Assembly: GCA_030649345.1 (NCBI GenBank)
Contig: JAUSKK010000011.1
Location: forward strand, 1-31,485
DNA from: Candidatus Iainarchaeum sp.
Lineage (GTDB): Archaea > Iainarchaeota > Iainarchaeia > Iainarchaeales > 0-14-0-20-34-12
Direction of reading: 5' to 3'
Length of the DNA: 31,485 nt
Part shown: positions 1 to 8,712 of the stretch, in pieces
Layout: every line of letters starts with the position of its first letter
Numbering within the stretch: the first letter of the stretch is position 1
Notes under the pieces: model-generated
The model's database searches: none
What the model saw: the letters and a program-made list of their open reading frames with translations, nothing else
Told to the model about the DNA's origin: nothing
Position numbers and translations under genes: made by a program

Positions 1-37
1 GCTAATCTTGAAACATTAACTTTTGGCATTAAGTGTT

Positions 38-763
38 CTATTTTTTGTTTAAAACTCTCAAAGAATAAAAATGCAATAACAAACCCATAGGCACTGCAAA
101 AGTTGGCACTAAAGCCATTGGAAAAACTGTCATAATTTCAGTTGTAATTGTTACAGGAATAATCTGGAAAGGCACAGGAAATGCCAGCAAAACTCCTAAA
201 CTAATTGCTAAAATCAAGTCTAATATTCCAAAATAGTTCCAAACAATTGCAAACTTTTTTGCGCCTTGTTTTTTAGCCCAATACCAATAAGCCACAACTA
301 TGGCCAGTAGTCCTGTAATCATATCTCCGAACGCAGAAGGAATAGCAAACAAAGCCGGTAATTGCCCTTGATCCATTAACCCCAGAAATACAATTCCTAA
401 AACTCTGGGAACTTGAAGCAAAAAAAGCCAATGCAAAGGAAATGCATCTAGTAATTGTTCGAAATATTTCCATTTAGGAATTACCTTCAAACCCAATACC
501 ATTGCTAAAACAAAAAAGATGGGAATTCCTGGCGAAATTAAATTAGAGCTTACATGCAAAGCATCCAGTACGGCCAAAGTTAATGCAAGCAAAAACCAGC
601 CAACTACGAAAACAAATCCTGTTCGAAAAATTAATTTTTTTTCATTTTCAGGCAGACTTAATTTTTGTGTTGCTTTATGAATTCCGAAAAGTAAACCCAA
701 AATAACCAAAGTCTGCAAGGCTATACTAATGACCGCTGAACTTTCTGCAATAAGTAATGCCAT
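38..763 (-). CDS. Polytopic integral membrane protein, function unknown
   Basis: 241-aa ATG-initiated ORF with about seven hydrophobic segments (VISIALQTLVILGLLFGI, FVFVVGWFLLALTLAVL, LLAIVVAYWYW). No catalytic motif recognised. Confidence 0.6.
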   Translation of the reverse strand: MALLIAESSAVISIALQTLVILGLLFGIHKATQKLSLPENEKKLIFRTGFVFVVGWFLLALTLAVLDALHVSSNLISPGIPIFFVLAMVLGLKVIPKWKYFEQLLDAFPLHWLFLLQVPRVLGIVFLGLMDQGQLPALFAIPSAFGDMITGLLAIVVAYWYWAKKQGAKKFAIVWNYFGILDLILAISLGVLLAFPVPFQIIPVTITTEIMTVFPMALVPTFAVPMGLLLHFYSLRVLNKK

Positions 764-797
764 AAAAAATACAGGTTTTTCAAATTAAAAAACATAT

Positions 798-1595
798 CTA
801 CTTGAAATAATTGACTGCATTTTGAAAAACTTTTAATCCAGGCCCATATTTCGGCAAAGGCTTTTCAGCTAGCTTGAATTGTGCTTTTAGTAAATTCCAA
901 TGAGGCAATTGAGTAAAATAAAGCGCTCGGTCTGGGTGAGGCATTAATCCAAATACATTGCCTTGTTCATTTGTAATTCCGGCAATATCTTCCATAGATC
1001 CATTTGGATTGCTTTCCAAATTTTGCATTGTGCAAATTTCGCCTTGCACATATTTGCAGGCAATCAAATTTTTTGCTTTTAAACTTTTCAAAATTTCGGG
1101 TTCTGCAAAAAATCTTCCTTCTCCATGTGCAATTGGCACAGAAATTGTTTCAATATTTTGCGTCCAAGGGCTCTTAATTTTTTGAAACTCTAAATCAATC
1201 CAGCGTACAGTATACCGTGCAGTATTGTTATGCAATAAGGCTACTTGTCGTTCTCCTGCTTTATTGTTTAATCCTGGCAAAATCCCTAAATTGACCAATA
1301 TCTGAAAACCATTGCAGATTCCAATCGCTAATTTTTTTTCTTCAACAAATTCAACCAAATCAGTCCATAAATGATTTCTTAGTTTATTGGCCATGGCATT
1401 TCCTGAACCAGTGTCATCTCCATAAGAAAATCCGCCAGGCACAGCTAAAATTTGATAATCAGCTAGTTTGATCGTTCCGTTAATTAAGTCATTTATGTGA
1501 ACAATATCTGCTTTTCCTCCAGCCAATTCAAATCCTTGTTTGGTTTCTTGTTCACAGTTTAATCCATAACCGCTTAAGACTAACGTTTTAGACAT
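798..1595 (-). CDS. purQ: Phosphoribosylformylglycinamidine (FGAM) synthase, glutaminase subunit PurQ
   Basis: Class-I glutamine amidotransferase motifs: AIGICNGFQILV (nucleophile Cys) and GLMPHPDR (His). Its ATG shares one base with the purL stop (TAATG), which implies translational coupling. Confidence 0.92.
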   Translation of the reverse strand: MSKTLVLSGYGLNCEQETKQGFELAGGKADIVHINDLINGTIKLADYQILAVPGGFSYGDDTGSGNAMANKLRNHLWTDLVEFVEEKKLAIGICNGFQILVNLGILPGLNNKAGERQVALLHNNTARYTVRWIDLEFQKIKSPWTQNIETISVPIAHGEGRFFAEPEILKSLKAKNLIACKYVQGEICTMQNLESNPNGSMEDIAGITNEQGNVFGLMPHPDRALYFTQLPHWNLLKAQFKLAEKPLPKYGPGLKVFQNAVNYFK

Positions 1596-4555
1596 TAATA
1601 GTCCCTCGAAGTTTTTTTGTAAGCTTGAGTTAATTCGTCCACTGGAATGTTTGCAATTTCTTTTCCATTTAATCCATTTATTTTTACATTGTTTCCAGTA
1701 ACTTTTCCAATTTCTTTGAATGCAATTCCTTTCAATGTTTGTTCAAACTCTTTTTTGTTTTCTGGATTTATTGTTGCAATAATTCTTCCTTGGCTTTCAC
1801 TAAACAAAGCATATTCGTTTCTGAAAACAGTTCCAGGCAATTCATGTAAACTAATTTCACAGCCCAGTTGTCCAGCAATACTCATTTTGGTTACGGCAAT
1901 TCCAAATCCACCGAGTCCAATGCTTTGGGCTGAAGTAATTAATTCTTTTTCTATGGATTGTTCTATTTTTTCATAAATTTGTTTGTTTTTTTCACCATTT
2001 ACTTTTGGAACACTGTTGCCTAAACCTTGTTCGATCATTCGATAATATTCGGATCCACCTAATTCTTCGAAGGTTTCTCCGATTATGTAAATCAAATCAT
2101 TTTCTGTTTTGAAGTCTAGAGAAATTGTTTTTTCACAATTTTCAATTACTCCAATGGATGTAACCAATAATGTGGGTGGAATCGAAATTTTTACTGATTC
2201 TCCAATTTCGTTAAATCCTTTAAAGTCATTGAACATGCTATCCTTTCCGGAAATAAACGGAGCGCCATAAACTGTTGCATAATCATAACATGCTTTGACT
2301 GCTTGTTTTAATTGCCCCAATCTTTCGGATTCAGTTGGACTACACCAACAAAAATTATCTAATAACGCCATTTTTTTCAAATTAGCTCCGGCACAAATTA
2401 CATTCCGAATAGCTGTATCAATGGCGCAGGCAGCCATGGCGTATGAATCAATTTCGCTGTATCCTGGATACAATGCTTGCGATAAAACAACTCCTTTGTC
2501 TGAATCCAGTAAAGGTTTGGATACTGTTGCATTTGAGTTTACTCTTCCTTTTCCTTGCAATGGTTTTTGCACAGATCCTCCTTGGACTTCGTGATCGTAT
2601 TGTTTGGAAATAAATTCATAGCTTGCAATATTCAGTCTTTGAATCATTTTCAATAAATCTGAATTTAAATTTTCTTTTTCTTGAATTAATGGTTCTGGAA
2701 AATTGGGTTTTGTGTACGTTGTCTTCAGTTGTTTTTTAGGCAATCCATTATGTAAGAATTCTAAATCTAATTCCATTATTTTTTTTCCATTAAACATTAC
2801 TTCGCATTTTCCAGTGTTCATGAATTCTCCAATGATTGTTGCTTCGACTCCGCGTTGATTCATTAATTCTTCAAATTTTTCCCATTTTTCTTTTGGAATA
2901 CTTAAAGTCATTCGTTCTTGAGATTCAGAAATCCAAATTTCCCAAGGCTGTAGTCCAGGATATTTTAAAGGAACTTTATTTAATTCAACAAAACAGCCAT
3001 TGCTTTCTTTTGCCATTTCTGCAATCGAACAAGACAAGCCGCCTGCTCCATTGTCTGTAATGCTGGAATACAATTCTAGATCGCGAGCTTCTTTTACTAT
3101 TGCATCGCTTAATTTTTTTTGAGTAATTGGATCTCCAATTTGTACTGCAGTTACTGGGCTTCCAGCATCCATGGCTTCGGATGAAAATGTTGCACCGTGA
3201 ATTCCGTCTTTTCCTACTCTGCCTCCAATGACTACAACATACTCTCCTGAATTTGCTTTTTTTTCATGCAATTTTTTATATTTGTTTGTTTTTGGAATCA
3301 ATCCAACAGTTCCAACAAACACTAAGGGTTTTCCTTTGTATCTAGAGTCAAAGTACATGAATCCTTGCGGTGTAGGAATCCCAGACTGATTGCCTCCGGC
3401 ATTGACTCCTTGAATAACGCCTAACATGATTTGTTTTGGGCTTAACATTTTTTGAGTAAAATTAGCTCCTTTATACAAAGGCTGTGCGTCTTTAGGGTCT
3501 CCAAAACAAAAACCATATTGATTCATGACTGGTTTAGCTCCTAAACCAAATCCAATGCAGTCTCGATTAACTCCTACAATTCCTGTAATGGCTCCACCGA
3601 ATGGATCTAAAGCGCTGGGACTATTGTGTGTTTCTACTTTGTGAGTAATGGCATAATTTTCATCAAAGTCTATGGCTCCAGAATTGTCTGTGAAAACAGA
3701 AATACAGAAATCTTGTGCTCCTTTTTCTTTTCTAATTTTTTCTGTGGCTCCCTTAATGTATGTTTTGTACAATCCTTTATCCAATTCATCTATGGGGCCT
3801 GCAAAAATTGTGTGCTTGCAGTGCTCTGACCAAGTTTGTGCCAATGATTCTAATTCAATGTCTGTTGGATTTCTATTTAATTCTTTAAAGTATGCTTGAA
3901 TTGTTTTCAAGTAATCTAAACTTAAAGCCAAAGGACCTCTTCTCGAGCTATCCTTGTTTTGAATTCCTTTTTTGCCCAATTCTTCTAATTCTAAGTCAGT
4001 CATTTCCAAAATTTTAACTAAATCTACTTTAGTTTCTTGGCTTAGTTTTACTTTGGGTACAATTTTGTTCATTCCTTTTTGTTTTTGAAATTGTTCAAAA
4101 TTTTTAATATGAATCCGTTGAATTAATGGATTGGCTAAACCATTGCCAATTTGAATTGCTTCTTGTTCAGTTAATTTTCCTTGAATAAAAGTTATTTGCG
4201 AACTATACGCATGTTCTTCTGTTTTAAATTTTCGTTTCAGCAAGTCTTCGATTTCTTCTTGAACTGTGTTTCCTATATTGTCTGTAACTCCAGGCAAATA
4301 TCCTATTTCAATAGCATAATCAAATTGATTTACTTGAGCTGGTTGGTTAATAAAAGCAATTTCTGAAACTGGATTATGCAATGAGTTGGCAATTTGTTGT
4401 AATTCTTTTTCTGAAAAGTTTCCTTCAAGAGTATACACGTCCACAATTTCTATTTGCTGGATTTTTTTTCCAAAATCAGTTTGTTCTAGTTGCTTTTTTC
4501 GCACTTCAGCTCGAGTATCCAAATGTTTGCTTTTAACTTCAATTCTGTGGATCAT
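1595..4555 (-). CDS. purL: FGAM synthase PurL with two N-terminal PurS-like domains (PurS-PurS-PurL fusion)
   Basis: PurL core motifs WSEHCKHTIF, VETHNSPSALDPFGGA and ITDNGAGGLS. About 190 extra N-terminal residues form two PurS-like repeats. The track start at 4573 is a TTG. The first ATG is at 4555 (MIHRIEV) and lies 25 nt downstream of a TATA-like box, so I prefer 4555. Confidence 0.9.
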   Translation of the reverse strand: MIHRIEVKSKHLDTRAEVRKKQLEQTDFGKKIQQIEIVDVYTLEGNFSEKELQQIANSLHNPVSEIAFINQPAQVNQFDYAIEIGYLPGVTDNIGNTVQEEIEDLLKRKFKTEEHAYSSQITFIQGKLTEQEAIQIGNGLANPLIQRIHIKNFEQFQKQKGMNKIVPKVKLSQETKVDLVKILEMTDLELEELGKKGIQNKDSSRRGPLALSLDYLKTIQAYFKELNRNPTDIELESLAQTWSEHCKHTIFAGPIDELDKGLYKTYIKGATEKIRKEKGAQDFCISVFTDNSGAIDFDENYAITHKVETHNSPSALDPFGGAITGIVGVNRDCIGFGLGAKPVMNQYGFCFGDPKDAQPLYKGANFTQKMLSPKQIMLGVIQGVNAGGNQSGIPTPQGFMYFDSRYKGKPLVFVGTVGLIPKTNKYKKLHEKKANSGEYVVVIGGRVGKDGIHGATFSSEAMDAGSPVTAVQIGDPITQKKLSDAIVKEARDLELYSSITDNGAGGLSCSIAEMAKESNGCFVELNKVPLKYPGLQPWEIWISESQERMTLSIPKEKWEKFEELMNQRGVEATIIGEFMNTGKCEVMFNGKKIMELDLEFLHNGLPKKQLKTTYTKPNFPEPLIQEKENLNSDLLKMIQRLNIASYEFISKQYDHEVQGGSVQKPLQGKGRVNSNATVSKPLLDSDKGVVLSQALYPGYSEIDSYAMAACAIDTAIRNVICAGANLKKMALLDNFCWCSPTESERLGQLKQAVKACYDYATVYGAPFISGKDSMFNDFKGFNEIGESVKISIPPTLLVTSIGVIENCEKTISLDFKTENDLIYIIGETFEELGGSEYYRMIEQGLGNSVPKVNGEKNKQIYEKIEQSIEKELITSAQSIGLGGFGIAVTKMSIAGQLGCEISLHELPGTVFRNEYALFSESQGRIIATINPENKKEFEQTLKGIAFKEIGKVTGNNVKINGLNGKEIANIPVDELTQAYKKTSRDY

Positions 4556-4575
4556 ACAAAGAGTATTTAGCAAAT

Positions 4576-4584
4576 CTTTAAAAA
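4576..4584 (-). promoter_or_regulatory. TATA-like box for purL (leaderless spacing)
   Basis: The minus strand reads TTTTTAAAG, centred about 25 nt upstream of the ATG at 4555. Confidence 0.4.
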
Positions 4585-4602
4585 GTAAGTTCTTTTTTGT
4601 AC

Positions 4603-5484
4603 TTATTTTCTGTGCCTGGCAGACACGCGAACTGCGTTTGCGCGCGTACTTAAATCTCCTGTAAACAATTGAGGTCTTCGAAATGCATGCATAACTGGCA
4701 TTGCATATCTATGCAATCTTCGGTTTCTTTGAATAATTCTTCTTACACCCATATGTCCTTGGCTGGCGAATTTTTCTACAATCCCTGCAACTGGTTTAAT
4801 ACTTTTTCCTGCAAATACTACGGAAGGATTTTCGCGAATTAAATCTTCATGTGCATTGAATGCTATGCCTAAGCCTCCTTTTTCAGCTATTTCTTTCAGC
4901 ATTGCGCCATCGGTTAATGTATCTCCAATTGCAATCATTTTTCGTATAGGAGTTCTAGAATTTGCTGAAATTAATTGGATTGCTCTTGCTTTATGAATTC
5001 CTCCTCTGGCTGAACCCATTGTTCCATACACTACACCATCTTCTCTATATCTTAGTTGAGTGGCTACAACATTTTTTGCTGGAATGCCCAATCGTTCTGC
5101 AATTACTTCAGCTGCAGGTTCATAAGCTGAACTGACAACATAAACATCTTTTACATTTGGGTTACTCTTTAATTTTTGAATTAATTCTTTTGCTCCAGGC
5201 ATTAGTCTTTCTTTTCTGGCCAATGCTTGAATTTCTTGTACAGTTATTCTTTCTCCGGCTTTTACTGCTTCTCTTAAAACATATTCTAATGTTTGTGCAG
5301 GATACGCTGGTTTTCCATCAAATGATTTTCCTTGTTTTATTGCTGTAATAATTTCACTGCTTGTTTGTTTAAAAAATCCTGCAAGGCCATGGTTTCTGAA
5401 CAAAGAAATAGCTAAATCTCCGGAAACCATTACACCATCTAAATCAAATACTACAATAACTCCTTGATTTTTATTTGCAGGCAT
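4603..5484 (-). CDS. HAD-superfamily hydrolase, phosphoserine-phosphatase-like (HAD-IB), with an unusual Arg-rich C-terminal tail
   Basis: HAD motif I is VVFDLDGVMV. The motif III region is IAIGDTLTDGAML. The last 60 residues or so are strongly basic (RRIIQRNRRLHRY...RVSARHRK). Confidence 0.7.
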   Translation of the reverse strand: MPANKNQGVIVVFDLDGVMVSGDLAISLFRNHGLAGFFKQTSSEIITAIKQGKSFDGKPAYPAQTLEYVLREAVKAGERITVQEIQALARKERLMPGAKELIQKLKSNPNVKDVYVVSSAYEPAAEVIAERLGIPAKNVVATQLRYREDGVVYGTMGSARGGIHKARAIQLISANSRTPIRKMIAIGDTLTDGAMLKEIAEKGGLGIAFNAHEDLIRENPSVVFAGKSIKPVAGIVEKFASQGHMGVRRIIQRNRRLHRYAMPVMHAFRRPQLFTGDLSTRANAVRVSARHRK

Positions 5485-5555
5485 ACTCTAATACTGTTTC
5501 TTAGTTTTTTAATTGTTTTCATTCCTTTGCAAGTGTTGTATTCTCTTAATTAGAC

Positions 5556-5562
5556 TTATAAA
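5556..5562 (+). promoter_or_regulatory. TATA-like box for asd (leaderless spacing)
   Basis: TTATAAA, centred about 26 nt upstream of the ATG at 5585. Confidence 0.4.
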
Positions 5563-5584
5563 CTATTATTTTCACTTTTATTAT

Positions 5585-6619
5585 ATGACTAAAATTAAAG
5601 CTGGAATTTTGGGTGCTACAGGAATGGTGGGTCAACGATTTATTGAATTGTTGGAAAATCACCCTTGGTTTGAATTAACAGATTTGATTGCTTCCAGAGA
5701 AGAATCTGGTAAATCCTATGGTGAAGTCATGCAAGGAAAATGGGTGCAAGAAAAAGAAATTCCAAAACAAGCTGCGTCCATGATTGTCAAACATTCCGAT
5801 GAACTTGTATCTTGTCAAGTTTTATTTTCAAGTATCCCTGCAGACATTGCTTTCAAATTAGAATTGGATTATGCTAGAAAAGGAATTGCAGTTATCAGCA
5901 ATGCTTCGGCTCATCGTATGTCCAAGAATGTTCCTTTATTGGTTCCAGAAGTAAATGCAGAACAATTGGATTGGATTGAATTGCAAAAAAAAGAAAATCA
6001 ATCTCAAGGTTTTATTGTTACGAATCCAAATTGTTCAACTGTTCCTTTAACTATTATTCTCAGAGCACTCGAACAATTTGAGCCAATTCAATTAATGGTT
6101 ACAACCATGCAAGCAGTTTCAGGTGCAGGTTATCCAGGTGTTCCTTCTTTGGATGTCTTAGATAATATTGTGCCCTATATTGGCGGAGAAGAACAAAAAA
6201 TTGAATCAGAAACTATTAAAATTACTGGAATGAAAAATTTGAAAGTCAGTGCCAGTTGTAACCGCGTTAATGTCAAAGATGGTCATTTAGAAAGTATTTC
6301 GATTAAATTTAAAAACAAGCCTTCTCAAGAACAATTAATTCAAGCTTTGCAGAATTTTGAAGCAGAACCTCAAAAATTAAATTTGCCTACTGCACCCAAG
6401 CCATGCATTGTAGTGCGAACTGAACAAAATAGGCCTCAGCCTAGATTGGATCGAATGAATGGAAATGGAATGGCTATCACAGTTGGAAGAATTCGGCCTT
6501 GTCCAATTTTAGACTATAAAATGACTATTCTAGGTCATAATACGATTCGGGGTGCAGCTGGAGCAGCTGTATTGAATGCTGAATTGTTGTATGTAAAGGG
6601 TTTTTTTGAAAAAAAGTAA
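5585..6619 (+). CDS. asd: Aspartate-semialdehyde dehydrogenase (archaeal-type)
   Basis: N-terminal Rossmann motif GILGATGMVGQRF and active-site Cys context TNPNCSTV. The track ORF begins at 5513, but residues 1-24 are Cys/Phe/Tyr-rich junk upstream of the TATA box. MTKIKAG at 5585 is the likely start. Confidence 0.9.
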   Translation: MTKIKAGILGATGMVGQRFIELLENHPWFELTDLIASREESGKSYGEVMQGKWVQEKEIPKQAASMIVKHSDELVSCQVLFSSIPADIAFKLELDYARKGIAVISNASAHRMSKNVPLLVPEVNAEQLDWIELQKKENQSQGFIVTNPNCSTVPLTIILRALEQFEPIQLMVTTMQAVSGAGYPGVPSLDVLDNIVPYIGGEEQKIESETIKITGMKNLKVSASCNRVNVKDGHLESISIKFKNKPSQEQLIQALQNFEAEPQKLNLPTAPKPCIVVRTEQNRPQPRLDRMNGNGMAITVGRIRPCPILDYKMTILGHNTIRGAAGAAVLNAELLYVKGFFEKK

Positions 6620-6624
6620 TTTAT

Positions 6625-7953
6625 TTATTCAATCAATTTTTTGTGCAAAATTTGCATTGCTTTAATTCCATATTTTTCCTGCAAAACCAAAGTCATGTTT
6701 AATTTGCTGGCTCCAATGGAGACTACTTCGATTGGAATTCTTTTTTCGCTTAAAGTTTTTAAAATCGTACTGGTTACTTTTCCATTTTCAGCCAAACCTT
6801 TTCCTACTATGCACAGTGCGCTTAGACTTGGTTTTACGGTTACTGTGAAAAGTTTGGATAATTTTTTGACTGCATTCTGCAAATTTACTGGATTGGGTTT
6901 ATCAACCACTACAGTTACATTGGCTGTGCTGGTAGTAATGACATCCACTGATATTTTTTCGTCTCGAAATACTTCAAACAAAAACGCCATGAATCCATGC
7001 TGGTCAATCATTTCCGGCGAATGCAAATCAATTAAAGTCATATTTTTTTTCAACGAAATGGCTTTAGCTCCTTGGCTGACTTTTTTAGAGTTGGCAAAAA
7101 TAGTTGTACCTTTATCTTTAGGCCTAAATGTATTCAGTATTTTGACTGGAATATTTTTTTGCAAAGGCAAAATAATTGTTTTCGGATGCAATACTTTAGC
7201 CCCAAAATAGGAAAGCTCAGCAGCTTCATCAAATGCAATGTTTTCAATTTTTTTGGCATTTGGAATAAATCTTGGATCAGCACTGTACAATCCAGAAACA
7301 TCTTTCCAGATCTCTAGGGCACTGGCAGTTAATGCATATGCAAAAATGCTGGCACTATAATCTGAACCGCCTCTTCCCAGTGTAGTAATTTCTCCGTGCC
7401 GGTCTTTTCCAATAAACCCTGTAACCACAGGCACTATTTTTAGTTTTGATATTTTTTGTTTAATTTTTGAAAAACTTTCCTTTAAGGGTTTGGCATTTCC
7501 AAAATTAGAATCTGTAGTCAATCCCAGATCCCAAGAACAAAAAGATTTTGCGGAAATTCCTTTTTGATTTAATACTTCGGCCAAGATTTTTGCAGCCATT
7601 CGTTCTCCAAAACTAATCACATTGTCTGCTAATTTTTCTGAATCAGCTACTTTGCTTTGGGCTTTCCGTAAAGCATGCACTGCATCCAATAATTCTTTTA
7701 ATTCTTGAAATTCTGCATTCAATAAGTTTGAATCCAGTTTTGCTTCTGTCAGCAAATGTAGGTGTTTTTGTTTGATGATTTCGAATGATTGTTTATTTTT
7801 TAATGAATCTAAAAGTAAATCTGTAACTCCTGCAATGGCTGAAACAATAATCACTGGTTTTTGATTCAATTTTTTTCCAATAATTTGAGAAATGGTTTTT
7901 AAATTTTCAGCAGAACCCATGGAAGTTCCGCCGAATTTGAATACAATCGCCAT
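6625..7953 (-). CDS. lysC: Aspartate kinase
   Basis: N-terminal VFKFGGTSMGS kinase motif, GRGGSDYSAS, and a C-terminal ACT-like region. It is adjacent to asd. Confidence 0.9.
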   Translation of the reverse strand: MAIVFKFGGTSMGSAENLKTISQIIGKKLNQKPVIIVSAIAGVTDLLLDSLKNKQSFEIIKQKHLHLLTEAKLDSNLLNAEFQELKELLDAVHALRKAQSKVADSEKLADNVISFGERMAAKILAEVLNQKGISAKSFCSWDLGLTTDSNFGNAKPLKESFSKIKQKISKLKIVPVVTGFIGKDRHGEITTLGRGGSDYSASIFAYALTASALEIWKDVSGLYSADPRFIPNAKKIENIAFDEAAELSYFGAKVLHPKTIILPLQKNIPVKILNTFRPKDKGTTIFANSKKVSQGAKAISLKKNMTLIDLHSPEMIDQHGFMAFLFEVFRDEKISVDVITTSTANVTVVVDKPNPVNLQNAVKKLSKLFTVTVKPSLSALCIVGKGLAENGKVTSTILKTLSEKRIPIEVVSIGASKLNMTLVLQEKYGIKAMQILHKKLIE

Positions 7954-7975
7954 ATTTTATTGAATAAAAGACACG

Positions 7976-7988
7976 CTTATATTTATAT
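7976..7988. promoter_or_regulatory. Shared central TATA-like element of the divergent lysC / ABC promoters
   Basis: CTTATATTTATAT sits in a 54-nt intergenic region. Its centre is about 29 nt from the lysC ATG (7953) and about 26 nt from the ABC ATG (8008). Confidence 0.35.
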
Positions 7989-8007
7989 CTAAAACTAATT
8001 TAATTGC

Positions 8008-8706
8008 ATGGATAGAAAAACTCCTTTATTGGAAGTTAAAAATGTCAACAAAGTGTATTCTTTAGGTAAAGTTACAGTTACTGCATTGAAAAAAATCGAT
8101 TTGCAAATATTTGAACAAGACTATATTTCAATTATGGGTCCGAGTGGTTCGGGTAAAACTACTTTATTGGATGTGATAAGCACTTTACTGCGCCCTACTC
8201 AAGGAGATGTTTTGATTGAAGGAAAATCTACTCAAGCTATGGGTGATGAAGAGCTTGCAAAAATTCGCGGAAAAACCATTGGATTTGTTTTTCAAACATT
8301 TAATTTAATTCCGACTTTAACTGCTTTGGAAAATGTTTCTCTGCCTTTATGGTTTCAAGATATTCCTATTCAAGAACGCGAAAAGATTGCACAAGAAAAA
8401 TTACTTCAAGTTGGATTAAGCGATCGAATGCACCATAAACCCAATGAATTGAGCGGAGGGCAAAGGCAACGCGTTGCTATCGCTCGTGCTTTGGCTGTGA
8501 ATCCTAAAGTAATTGTAGCCGATGAGCCAACTGGAAATTTAGATTCTTCTTCAGGCGATCAAATACTTAAATTGTTTGATTCTTTGAATCAAGAAGAACA
8601 CAAGACTGTAATTATGGTTACGCATGAACGCAGTGTAGCTGAACATGCTCAAAAAATTATTTATATTAAAGACGGTTTAATTGACCGGATTGAACAACAC
8701 AGGTGA
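8008..8706 (+). CDS. ABC transporter ATP-binding protein (MacB/LolD-type)
   Basis: Walker A GPSGSGKTT, signature LSGGQRQRVAIARAL, Walker B VIVADEPTGNLD. Confidence 0.92.
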   Translation: MDRKTPLLEVKNVNKVYSLGKVTVTALKKIDLQIFEQDYISIMGPSGSGKTTLLDVISTLLRPTQGDVLIEGKSTQAMGDEELAKIRGKTIGFVFQTFNLIPTLTALENVSLPLWFQDIPIQEREKIAQEKLLQVGLSDRMHHKPNELSGGQRQRVAIARALAVNPKVIVADEPTGNLDSSSGDQILKLFDSLNQEEHKTVIMVTHERSVAEHAQKIIYIKDGLIDRIEQHR

Positions 8707-8712
8707 TGGAAA

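Noticed and set aside
273-473. 66-aa minus-strand ORF nested in another frame inside the membrane-protein gene 38..763. Many similar 60-190-aa track ORFs lie antisense to real genes or nested out of frame within them (958..1185, 1647..1976, 2295..2594, 2836..3060, 3626..3899, 4181..4664, 5157..5348, 6641..7317, 9132..9434, 10122..10382, 10782..10991, 11501..11728, 11793..12020, 13995..14324, 15090..15305, 15748..15942, 16157..16405, 18096..18606, 18915..19136, 19204..19407, 21064..21375, 26791..27015, 28159..28426, 29148..29414).
   Set aside because: They lie entirely within, or opposite, longer ORFs that have clear family motifs. Their translations are low-complexity and rich in Phe/Ile/Leu/Cys/Ser, as expected for shadow frames in AT-rich coding DNA. 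None has promoter or Shine-Dalgarno support.
4556-4573. TTG-initiated extension of purL. There are analogous TTG extensions of the geranylgeranyl reductase (19073..19117) and MarC (27111..27116).
   Set aside because: These are alternative-start artefacts of longest-ORF calling. An ATG at proper leaderless distance from a TATA-like box lies just downstream for purL and the reductase. For MarC, an ATG lies two codons in.
5513-5584. N-terminal 24-codon extension of asd in the ORF track (MFSFLCKCCILLIRLINYYFHFYY).
   Set aside because: The extension covers the TATA-like box and is junk-like. The conserved Rossmann N-terminus begins at the ATG at 5585.
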